In this document: piece by piece, positions 37,101 through 48,000 of the stretch
Layout: each line of letters starts with the position of its first letter
Numbering within the stretch: position 1 is the stretch's first letter
Source: Klebsormidium nitens
Taxonomy: Eukaryota > Plantae > Klebsormidiophyceae
Assembly (NCBI GenBank): GCA_000708835.1
Contig: DF236956.1
Location: forward strand, 186,001 to 250,000
Direction: 5' to 3'
Length of the DNA: 64,000 nucleotides
Program-made: the position numbers and the translations under genes
The notes under the pieces: model-generated
Databases searched by the model: none
Told to the model about the DNA's origin: nothing
Seen by the model: only the letters and a program-made list of their open reading frames with translations

Positions 37101-40100
37101 GAACCACGTCAATTGCTGAATAAGAGCCAAGCAATCAGCGCAATCGAGCGCACCAACGATATCGGGCTTTTTTCGAATGTGCACAAGTGGATTTTAGCGG
37201 TCTGGGAACGCGGCATCGTAGCGAAACCGTCACTATCAATTAACGACACGTTCTGCTGCTATTTAACCCGGTAGTCCGCCCCTTCTATCTTCATCCTGCA
37301 GAACATTTTCCCGCTGGCTAACTAAGACGGGGTAAGTCAATCAGCTGTAAGAGTATGTGAGGAATTTGTCCTCGGCACTTGCCCGACGACGTCCGAGGTG
37401 TAGCGACTCACCGAGCGTCGCCTGAGGCACATCTCTGGGCAGCTTGCCCCTGCGAAGGAGGAGCGGGAAGGGATCCCTTCCGCTGTTCCGGTCCTTCACC
37501 TCCTGGATCTCGATGGTGTCGTCGGCCAAATAGTAGTGCAGAATCTGCATAAATGACAACACGTTTGTTAGCTTTGCACCAGCAGCTAATATGTCTTTTC
37601 CATCCTCACCCGGCAGCAGGAAGTCACACATGTGATAGGCGAGCGGTCGAGTGTGAGATCTTTTCAACGGTAAGAACGGCGTATTGAAAGGTAGCGGCTC
37701 AGAATGGCACCACCCGGAAAGAAGTTTCTCACCTCCAGTCCGCGCTTCGGAGATTGCAATGAGAACAGTGCATATCTTGCACCCGAGCGCCCTTAAACGC
37801 TCCAAAAGCACCTGCCCCACCCAACCAGAGAAGGACACGTGGCACTTACGTACGGCCGGCGCTCCCCGTAGACGCTGCCCCTGTCGTCCCACACGCAGAA
37901 GAAGCGCAGCACCTTGCCGTCCTTCTCTAAGAACTGGCGCGTCTTAAAGTCTTTGTGGTGGACGATCGTGATCTTCTTGAGCGTGTTCTTGTACGCGGTT
38001 ATAGGCTCGTCGGGGAAACCCTCGTCTTCTGGGGCGGGCAGTCCGGCGCATTCCAGGAAGCGCTGCACGAGGAAAACGGGTTTTAGACGAACCAGTCCGA
38101 CCGTGATTGGGGGTCAAAAGATTTGCTTCTTGCGCGGGCAGCCCGGCACAGGTTTCACGTAGAGCAACTTCAGGTTGACGAGTTTGCGATGTCAGAATGG
38201 CGCACACAGCTCTCGTAACCAGTCCCTGAGAAACGACGCGTCTACCAAATCCCAGCGGTTGAGGCTTTTCGAGGGAAGCCTTAATCCCCCGACGCAACGA
38301 GCTCCACAAAGCGCGTGGACTTTGAAAGCCTAGACTTGATCGGTCAGTTTCTTACGCAGAGCTTCCGCCGGGGGTAAAGGCAGACTTGCTTCGGCATCCC
38401 CCCCCCTCATCACTTCGGTAAGGCTCCTCAACTTCGACCTGTGAAAATTATGTTCTAACTGTAGCGTGAAACGCTCTTCAAGAGCACAAACTTTCCGATT
38501 AACACGGGGTTTTCCCGCCAACCCACCCTGGTGAAGCTGTCGCAGGCGGTGATGTGGAACACTCTGCCGTAGAGCGTGATCTCGGACCCCACCAGCAGGT
38601 CCTCAATGCCCACCTCACCGCCGCCGTCCTTCTGGATGACGTGGCGCTTTAGGAACGTGCCCTGTAAAGAGGAGACGACGACAATACGTCAGCAAGTTGG
38701 TTCCGCAAACAAAGGAAGGGACCTTGGGGTCGTACCCTGAGGTCCTCTACTTAAGCTTGGGAGGCAGAAGAGGCTGCCGACTGTGTCGTGCCAGAACTGA
38801 TTCAACACTTTTGCGAGTGCCCACGGACGGTGTAATCCGCTCTCGAACGAGGATCCAAAACTTCACATTCGCAGCAGTTGACCCCTTTCGACTCCTGGCA
38901 TCAGTAAACGTCAACGTACTGGAACGATAGTGCGCTGAGTCAGTGCCAGCCTCCAGAATCGCAAGCGTTTAAAGCCCTTTACGTCTGCATCCACCCGCTC
39001 TCAATCGCGGGCCTATTCCCAGCGCTGCGCTTGCCTGTGAGATGCCGCTGTTGTCCTGCTTGGGCTCCCCGATGTGAATGCTCCCGTCCTCGAGGTAGTA
39101 GTAGATGGTGCACTTGCGCACCCGGAAGTTTTCCTCGCGCCGGTCCGTCACGCTCTCCTTGAAGTAGCAGTAGTAGCGCAGCACCTGGACAGAGGTTGCA
39201 TGAAGCTTGGGTTGCGCTCAGGTTTAACAAGACTATGAGTCTGGGGATAAGAAAAGAAGGTATTGATCGCCCGTTGCGATTCTTTAAGTAGTATCGCCAT
39301 CCTGAACAAGCGGAGGCGACTCGTTTCTACCTGCTTGATCAAGTATCTAACCACTCTGATTGGGATCCGCTTTCATAGAGTTTTGCGATGCAGTTAGTGG
39401 AGGGAGCGAGGGATCGCAGCAGCTACACTTTGGAAGCTTTGAAGGGACGATCACCCTTTTTTGGCGAGTAGCTGAATACCACTGCTTGCGCGTGAACCGA
39501 CAGCTGCAGCCGGATGTCAAAGCTCTCAGTCCTGCCACGTGGCAAAGTCTCTGCTCGCAAGAGAGGGCCCTGCGGCGTACTTATGTGCAGCCCTCAGGGT
39601 GTGCAGCTATGCACAGCGTTCGACTTCCTTGCTCAGATCCCCTTCCCAGCTCCAGTGTCTGTCACTCGCCAAGGCCAACAACACTGGGTCATTTGCTTTG
39701 TGCCTATCTCTGCTTTACGACAACTGAACTCCTCGGCACAAAATCAAAGCGACTGTACAAACCACGAATTTCGCCAAGCTCCAAGCTTACCTGTCTGTCG
39801 TTTTTCACCCACACCGGCACCGGGTCCCTTGCTCCGCCTTTAATTGCCAGCCCACCTGCCGTGGCAGCGAGTGCAGTCCTCGCGATTGTCACGCCGGGAC
39901 TCGTAACCCGCACCTGCGCGGTCCGCCTTGCAACCATCTCGTCGTTGTTCTCGACGATTGCCTGACCGTCAATGTAGCGCAGGCCCTGGTTCTTCTTTTG
40001 AGCAGTTGCCTGAGCAGAATGGGTCAGTGAGTCGGGTTAGCAGAGTGAGTTTATGAGTCGGGTTAGCAGAGTGAGTTTATGAGTCGGGTTAGCAGAGTGA

Positions 40101-40987
40101 GTCAGCCAAGTGAGCAATGGCGTGGGTTAGCAGATAGCTGCTAACGAGCTGGGTTAGCAGAAGGGCTGCTTTTCGCCCTGGTCCATTCGCCAGGAGTTGT
40201 CTGTGGGCTATGGACGAAGTTCAAAGTCAGCGCTTGTAGCTCAGAGCTGCTGTTGATTATTATATGGTCAGTCTGTTGCCATGTTTGCTGACGAGCTGGC
40301 CGTCTACGTAACCCAAGCCCTGTCTCCTTTTCTGGTCAAACGCCTGAGCGGATAGTGATACTCAATGTGCCCAGCAGGGATTGGCCAAGAAAGAAGCTGC
40401 GCTGCTAGATGTAAGTTACGGACTGTATGATTTTGCGGAACAGAGGCGATCATGCTGTCTGAGAGGGAGCTCATACCAGGAAGAATGTTTCGTAGGGCCT
40501 TTCCCAAAAATGCCGCGGCATGGTGCGCAATGATATTATGCATTTGCCCTGTACCTAGCAGATCTAGGGGGCTCAGGAGCCCCCATAAGCGGGCTGCAAA
40601 GGAGACACTCAGCGTTCCTGTTTTGCCCAGGGCTGAATGTGACATACTTGTATAGGGGCACACAGAGATGCAAAGACATGATCCAACATTTACTTATGAG
40701 GCCCAAAGAGAGAATGGTGTTCGACAAGAGCGCAATTTTCTTCCATCTCACCAATTGCCTTTTTCTGTCTCTCCATCCAGCAAAGGACATTGCAATCAAC
40801 GCAAGCAGCAAAGAGTCAGGACTCATATACTCTCCCACCCCCTCCTTTAATCCAGCTTTATAAGCAGGGGACAGCCGCTTACCCGCGGATCTCTGAAGGT
40901 CATCCCGGGCAGCTTTGGCAGGTTGACATCGCCCCTGTCGCTGACCAAGGATCCCGTCAGAGGGGACAGGGTCCTGAAGTTGGCCAT
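34153..40987 (-). CDS. EFHC1: EFHC1/RIB72 flagellar doublet microtubule inner protein (3 DM10 domains plus C-terminal EF-hand region, 623 aa)
   Basis: Exons 40987-40883, 40009-39791, 39184-39035, 38661-38527, 38062-37850, 37544-37412, 37009-36871, 36386-36200, 35880-35671, 35043-34811, 34300-34153 (1872 nt, phases consistent; introns 3 and 9 have GC donors). N-terminal [14 protein letters not shown]10 repeats: [12 protein letters not shown]...[39 protein letters not shown]...[11 protein letters not shown]...[21 protein letters not shown]...[13 protein letters not shown]. Confidence 0.93.
35041..35153 (-). repeat. 60-bp-period tandem duplication of the EFHC1 exon-10 splice acceptor
   Basis: 35041-35093 and 35101-35153 are near-copies. 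On the minus strand both read ...CTGAC...TTGCAG|CCGG. Confidence 0.8.
40029..40102. repeat. 26-bp tandem repeat (~2.8 copies) in EFHC1 intron 1
   Basis: GAGTCGGGTTAGCAGAGTGAGTTTAT at 40029, 40055 and 40081, with further GGGTTAGCAGA units near 40124 and 40151. Confidence 0.9.
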
Positions 40988-41704
40988 CTCTAGTTGCTCT
41001 GTGCCTCAAGCCACACCCAAGCAACGCTCCTGTTTGCTCCCCCTCTGCGTTCTCTTTTGTATGTTCTGATTTAAGGTCCTACCCACTGTTTTTGCACTGG
41101 CGGCAAAATACAATCTGACGAAGAGCCTCTTTGGTTCAGCCTCTTGTGCAGATATCTATACAAAACTGCTTGGCTTTATACAGTAATGAACGAAGCTAAG
41201 TTGCAGAAGCGCCCCTTGAGATCTTCCGAGACCAACAGATACCGTTCCAGCAGAGAAAGTGCCGTACTCCAATCCTTTTCAGGATGGAGTGTATCGCCAT
41301 CTTCTCCCCAGCGCTGCGGAATCCTGCATCTACCTGGTGTAGCTTCTGAGCAGACTGGGGAAGCTGCTGCAGCAGAGTGCACGACAACACTGAAGAATGT
41401 ACAGGTCTACTCGTGACGGTACGCACTTTAGTCCACTAAACGCTAAGCAGGGAAAATAGCTGGTAGGAGTGCAAGCGTCTGATTCGAAAACTGCCGGCTA
41501 CATTCTGTCCGCGCGCGCACCTGCAGCTTTTGTCGTATGTAACGGGAAACCAAAGGTGGTCCGGATGGAACCCAGCGATCGGTGACCAGATAGTTCTAAC
41601 GTTTCGATTTGCAAAGCGTTAACAGTCAAGGGTTAATCTAGCAGCATAACAAGGAGGCAAAAATCTATTTGTCCATAACTTTATTGAGAATAGAACTCAC
41701 CCAA

Positions 41705-41811
41705 GCGGGATTGGCTCAGTTGGTTAGAGCGTCAGTCTCATAACACGTGTTGTCAAAACACACTGTGACCTAGCAATCTGAAGGTCGTGAGTTCGATCCT
41801 CACATCCCGCA
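41705..41811 (+). tRNA. tRNA-Met (CAT), elongator type, with 33-nt intron at the canonical 37/38 position
   Basis: Acceptor stem GCGGGAT/ATCCCGC. D arm GCTCAGTTGGTTAGAGC. Anticodon arm TCAGT-CTCATAA-TCTGA (CAT at 41739-41741; U31-U39 as in eukaryotic elongator Met). Intron 41743-41775, whose TGTGAC can pair with GTCTCA of the anticodon arm. T arm GTGAG-TTCGATC-CTCAC; discriminator A41811; CAA immediately upstream. Confidence 0.95.
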
Positions 41812-41817
41812 ACCACC

Positions 41818-41822
41818 TTTTT
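41818..41822 (+). terminator. RNA polymerase III oligo-T terminator
   Basis: TTTTT starting 7 nt after the tRNA discriminator base. Confidence 0.7.
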
Positions 41823-42025
41823 GATGCCTCGCACATGCTATCACCTGTTCCTTTTGCCTTCTGTTCTCTGCACATTGGCCGGCAGCCGTTAGCAGCTAGC
41901 TAGGCCAGGCCTCGCGTTCCTTGTCGGTTCCAAAGGTGCCAATGTTATCTGTATGATAACATTGCCATTGGCATTGCGTTTCCGAAGCTTTGTTTGCATA
42001 CAACCAATCAGGGGTGGCCGACAGA

Positions 42026-45000
42026 ATGAGGGTAATAGCAGCTCTGAACGGTCAGACGCCATTGGCACGAAGATTGATCACCTGTGCAATCTTAGACTTC
42101 CGCAGAGCATTTAGCTCTTTGGGGCCAGCGGTGGTGGACTTTGCCAAGGGGGGGCCTGCTGATCTGACTATTAAGTGAGCAACCTGCATCCTCTCCTGTT
42201 TCAATTTTGTCGCTTCTGTCCCTGTGTCTGTTTTCTGAATCTTTCTTGGGCAACTTGTGTCTTGGCTGCTTAGCTGGCCCAAGCTTTCCATGAATTTTAA
42301 TCAAAGAGGACAAAAAATATGAAGAGCTGAGCACTGACTGGAAGACACAGAACGAACGACCCTGGTCTAGCCCCAAGAAAGAAATTGCCATTGTTTAAGG
42401 TGTTTTAGAATGTCACCGGCAATTGAGGTGATTCAAAGATCCTTCTTTTAATCAAACACTTAGGACTCTGATCTTCTGATGGCGACCACGCTGCAATGTA
42501 GATTCTTCACATACAGAAGATGGGGCAATCATTGACATCAAGGAATTGAAGCACCACATAGACTATGCTGCAAAAGACACCCTGTCCTGTTCCACCATCA
42601 TGGTCTCTGCAGTATCAGGAATCTTCCCCATGGGTCTCTCTTTGTGAGGTTCAACTATCTGTGATCCTACTCCAACAAGTAGCGCACTCCCACTTTCTGC
42701 CTAGATCCCCCGTTCCACTTTCCCAGCCAAGCACAACTCTGCCTCTCCAGCCAAGCAGAACGTTCTCAACTCGCTCAGATGCCGCCCTCCCCAAAAGCTG
42801 CTCTGCTTACCAAGCACATCGCCTCATTTCCAAATATGTTCTCTCAGATGAAGTTCCCCAATTAAGCTACTAATCCTCTCTGTGCAGGGTATGGGATGCC
42901 GTGGTGATTGGCGGGGGCCACAACGGACTGACTGCCGCTGCGTATCTCGCCAAAGCTGGCAAAAGCGTTGCCGTGTTGGAGCGACGGCATGTTCTGGGGG
43001 GGGCTGCAGTCACCGAGGAACTCGTTCCCGGCTTCAAGTTCAGCCGCTGCTCCTACTTACAGAGCCTTTTGCGCCCACAAATCATCAGGTGCGATGGTGC
43101 TTGATCACAGGGCATCTGATGTGGAGAAAAAGATGTGGGAGGTTTCAAATCGGGGCACGTAGCAATGAGCCGCACGAATTGCTCAGTATAAGTCGAGAGT
43201 GCGACTTAATCAACGGGCACGCAAGTTCTCTCTCTCAACTTTGGAGGGTAGAACTGTAATCAGTTTTGACAAGCTTGGTCCCTGGAGAGTCCCGGCATAT
43301 GGAAACCTCCTTAGCTGTATTGTTTGTGGCTTGCCCGCACTAGCTTCTGATACAAAGTCTGTTTGCGAGATTGCTTCCTGAGGAACATATTGTCCAGTGA
43401 TTGACTCTGTCTCTACTTCCTACCAAAGTCAAACCTTTGGTACTTACTCTTGAACGGCAAATGTTTGCATGCTGTGAGTATCCTTCTCCAGGGTGCAGAC
43501 CCTCTCCACTGCTCTTCCAAAGTAAGCCCCAACGAACTGCACTGAATCCCCCACACCCAGCCTGACCCAAAATCTACCCTGTCCAGTATTCGCTCGACCT
43601 GCCGTGACCCTTTTTGCACACAAACAAGTACACAGTGCTTTTGTCTCGCACATCCGAAATCTGCGTTTGTGCAGTCCGTGGGACCTCATTCCCAGATGAT
43701 TCAACCCGATGGTTGCGCAACCGTCGCCTGTAGTAGCGCTGGATTGCCCTAACCCGTTCGAAACCCCAACTAGGAGTGCATGGACCTAGATCCGCACCAC
43801 CAGGGCCTGAAGCTTCTCATCGGCACCCCGTTCAGCTTTAACCCAGTTGCCTTACCCCTCTCCGCTAGTAGCCCCCAACAGCTCTAACCCGAGCATTAAT
43901 CCAGTTGCCTTACCCATCTCCTTCAGTAGCCCCGAACAGCTCTAACCCGAGTCTAAACCCCGCCCTGAATGCAGGGACCTGGATCTGCACCTCCACGACC
44001 TGAAGTTTATCGTCGGCAGCACGTCCAGCTTCCCGTCTAGCTTCATCCCAAGTACTAATCCACCTGCCTAACCCTCTACTCGAGAGCCCCGAACGGCCCT
44101 AAACCCAGTTCTAAACCTTGCCTGGAATGCAGGAACCTAGATTTGCACCGCCACGGCCTGAAGGTCCTCCCCCGCAACCCATCTGTTCACGCTAGCTTCA
44201 TCTGAGTATTGATCCAACTGGCTAACCCTCTCCTCTAGTAGCCCCGAAATATGCTAACCCGATCCTAAACCTGCCCGGGTATGCAGGGACCTAGATCTGC
44301 ACCGCCACGGCCTGAAGCTTCTCCTCCATTACCCGTCCAGTACTAACCCAACTGCCTAACCGTCTTCTCCCATCGCCCCGAACAACTTTAACCCAATCCT
44401 AAACTTTCCCCAAAATGCAGGGACCTAGATCTGCACCGGCACAGCCTGAAGCTTCTACCGCGCAATCCGTCCAGCTTCATCCCAAGCCGCGACGGCAAAA
44501 GCTACCTTCTTATGGGGCCAGACGAAGCTCTCAATAGGCGGGAGGTCGCCAAGTTCTCGGCAAAGGATGCGGAGGCGCTGCCAAAGTGAGGGCTTGTTTC
44601 AGAGTATACGTTTTCGGGGCTGCAAGCGTGACCGATGGACGACTGATGAAGGGTCTCCATGTGCTCTCGCGCACAAACTGAATTGCACTAGAGAGAAAAA
44701 TTCTGGGCGTTTGGTGCGGATCGCGCATCAACAACAATGCTTAGAAGACCAGTGCTTGCTGAGACGAAGACACCACGGGTGATTCCTGCAGGCTTTGCTT
44801 GGGGCTGTCTTACTGATATAGTTCCTGGATCAGCCGCACAGTCGTTCATAACACCATTTTCTTTTGAGGTTTAGCAAGAAGCATGTTTCCAAGCTTGCTC
44901 ATCAATCTTGCTCGTCAGGCCGCTCGTCAAACCGGCACCTTCTTTCGTCAGAATGCTTTAATTCTGAAATTTCAAGGCCTTAGAGGTTTCGAGTTGTTGC

Positions 45001-48000
45001 TTTCAGTCACGCAAGAACCTCAGTCCATGAACCCCAAGCACAAGAACGCCGCACATTTTGTCACTGTCGTGCCAGAGCTCCCCGTGCTCGCTGTTCGACT
45101 CCTCCACATGTGCCAGAGCATTGACCGTCCTGCGGTGCTGGCCCCGTCAAACCGTTGGGGAACATAGCTGAAAGGGCGGCCGAAATTGTTGTCCGTTAGT
45201 GACACTCCGGTCCAATCATTCACCCCCAGACTTCAAAACTTAGAAGGTCAAACCCGCGATTCCTGAATGTCCAAGGAAGCCTGCTTCCCAGGTGCGTCAG
45301 CGGCCGAGTTTGGGGCGCTTCTGCCTGCTCCTTGAAACCGTCAGCATTTCAAGCTTTCGTCAATTGTAACGAAGCCCTTTACCCTACGAAATCTAACGCC
45401 CCTAGTAATCTGCCTCCAAGTCTTAATAGCGGCTAACTCGGGCGCTCCCGCGTGCTCCATGAATCGGGTCACTTTTCGAGATCTTCCCCAATTGCTAACC
45501 CGAGATTGAGAATCCTAAACCTCTCTGATACTGGAACTATGGAAATCCGTACCTTGAAATCGTTAAATCTGAATTGCGTCAGGTACGAAGCGCAGCTGGA
45601 GCGCTTCTGCGCGCTGCTGGACCCCCTCCTCGATGCTCCCCCACTCAGCTTCGAAGGGCCCGCACCTTCAAGAGGTTTCCGTTCGCTCTACCAAAAGGCC
45701 GGCACCCTTACCGCGTTTCTCGGGCGCTCCGCAAAAACAGGAAGCAAGGACCTGACGGCGCTATACGAGTTGATGGTCGCGCCGGCGGCCAAAGTTTTGG
45801 ACCGCTGGTTCGAGTCGGACGTCCTGAAGGCGGCGCTTGCGACGGACGCGGTTATCGGGGCTATGGTGAGGGTTTGTTTTGACTTGGCCTTCTCAATCAT
45901 GTTTGGGATTGGGTTGGTTTTAGACGAATCTTCATTACTGTTGCGTTTCGATGTTGGACTCCGGGTCTGAGAGCCTGACGTTCTGAATGCAGCATTCGCA
46001 ACAGTTGCGGCACCAGGGCTATAGTGAGAAACTGAAGGCGGCTTGACGTTAAGTTGGTGAGGGTTTGGAATTGATCTGACCTGAATGGTGAGGGAATGAA
46101 GTCATTCTGACCTCTGTTTTACATCGCTTGCGGCTGGCGCGTTTGGTTCTTGGTTCGACCATCAATAAAGTTCGAATGCATCTGCGTCCCACATCTTTCT
46201 CGCAGGCCCTGATTCAAGGGTATCTCGCAGGCGCTAACCCAAAACTTCCACGCAGGCTAGTTCCTCCACCCCGAGGCGAGGCCACGTGTCAGAGCTCTCC
46301 TTAAGCAGAAACGTGATTTGTACTCAAACCCGCAAACTCTCGGCCTCAAAAATTGGCCTGTCCTTGTTTTTCAAATGGCGGATATGTTCTCTCCACGTCA
46401 TGTGCTCAAATAATGTTGAGCCTCCGTCCAAACTGCTAACCCTCGCTAACCTGAATCTCCCTTGCAGGCCAGTCCCTACACTCCAGGCAGCGGCTACGTG
46501 CTTTTGCACCACGTGATGGGCGAAACCAACGGCCATCGGGGGATCTGGTCATTCGTCGAAGGGGGCATGGGCGCAGTCTCGGCAGCAATCGCGCGGTCAG
46601 CGGTGGAGGCAGGGGCGACCGTCGTCACTAACGCGGAGGTAAGTTGGTCGCCCAGTCGAAGGTGGCACTTCCTTTCCTGCATCTTGATTCGTTGAGGGGT
46701 GTACTGGAAAATGCATTTCCCCTACCCCCAACTGGGAGAAAAGTTGGCGTTCCTGGGTCAGAATCTTTTAGAGAGGGCCATGTGCCGGAAATTGTCTTAT
46801 CAGGCAATGTATTCTTTCGTCTTCCATACAAATGTAGGAGGCTGGAGTGGCGTGGCAAGCTTTCTCCTCAGCGAGGACAGAAAAGGGCAGTTGTTACAAC
46901 TCAGATCGTTGGTTTATTAGCCCTCTGGTCGTCATTCAATTTCAGTCTTCCTCTTCTGAGTTCCTATGGAAGACAATTTTGACAAATGCGCCGCTGATCA
47001 GTACAACTTGTGAGTTCGCGCATGCAAACGAGGGGCAGCAAACATGCCCATCAAATCACTGCAGGTAGCGGAAATCGTTGTTAGCGACAGTAAGCGCGTT
47101 GAAGGCGTTCGCTTGGCAGACGGGACTTTGGTGCGCAGTGCAAACGTGCTTGCGAACACCACTCCGCACGTGACGTTCCGCCGGCTGCTGGCGGAAGAGC
47201 ACATTCCGCCGGAGTTCCGGCGGGCCGTCGACCTGATAGACTACTCTTCGGTGAGCTGAGCACGTTCTGCGTTTGAGATTTCATGAAGTTTTGCTTCTTA
47301 GCATCTTCATTTATAATCGCTGCAGTTACGTTCAGATCGTGGTGGGACAGCCTAAGCATGGACGCTGAACGGTATTAAGGAAAGCTGGTGTTGTTAAACA
47401 AGGTTCTTCATCAATATGTCTCTATGTGTTCCGTTTCTACTATCTTATTTGCCAAGAAGCTCCGCATCATCCCGGACGATTTCACGCAGACCCGGCGACA
47501 GACGTGGAGCTTGTCCAGTACTCTGAAGAGAAACTATCACGAAAGCTCTCATAAGATCTCCGTTACAAAATCTCTCAACCACTGGCGCTATGCTTGTGTC
47601 CTCATCGCCTTCTTAAAACAGCGACCCCAATCAAAGAATGTCGAGTTCCGCAACCTTAAATGACGGAATGCACGGCGTTTACCTGCTTAATGTACTCCCG
47701 TTCTTCTCTATTCGGTCCAGCCGGTTACCAAGATCAACCTGGCAGTCGACAAGCTCCCGAACTTCACGGCGTTCCCCTCTTCCGGCGACGCCCCAAACGC
47801 CGCCCACTTTGGGACCATCCACTTGGGCGCGGAGAGGTGCGCGCGCTTAACTTGCATAATCAGTCGCTTTCACCTGAGTACTTGTGTGTTGTAATCGGCA
47901 CTCTGCAATGTACATCATATGCGCAGGTAGGTTTTCGCTCGTCTTTGCTGAGCCGGTGCAGAGTCTCCCTGCACTATAATTGGCGCTGGGAAGTATACGA

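Noticed and set aside
40029-40102. CRISPR-like array
   Set aside because: Units are contiguous with no unique spacers, there are no cas genes, and the context is a eukaryotic intron.
41176-41426. Short minus ORFs upstream of EFHC1 as its first exon or a separate gene
   Set aside because: The conserved LPKLPG N-terminus is in exon 40987-40883 with its own ATG and GTAAG donor; these ORFs have no motif.
41812-41815. Genome-encoded CCA on the tRNA (organellar or bacterial origin)
   Set aside because: The sequence after the discriminator A41811 is ACCA, one base out of register. The 37/38 intron and T-tract indicate a nuclear Pol III gene.
42565-42873. 102-aa ORF as PYROXD2 exon 1
   Set aside because: No strong donor in the required phase. 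The 42026-42174 exon has an AA|GTGAGC donor, correct phase and a presequence-like RRAFSS.
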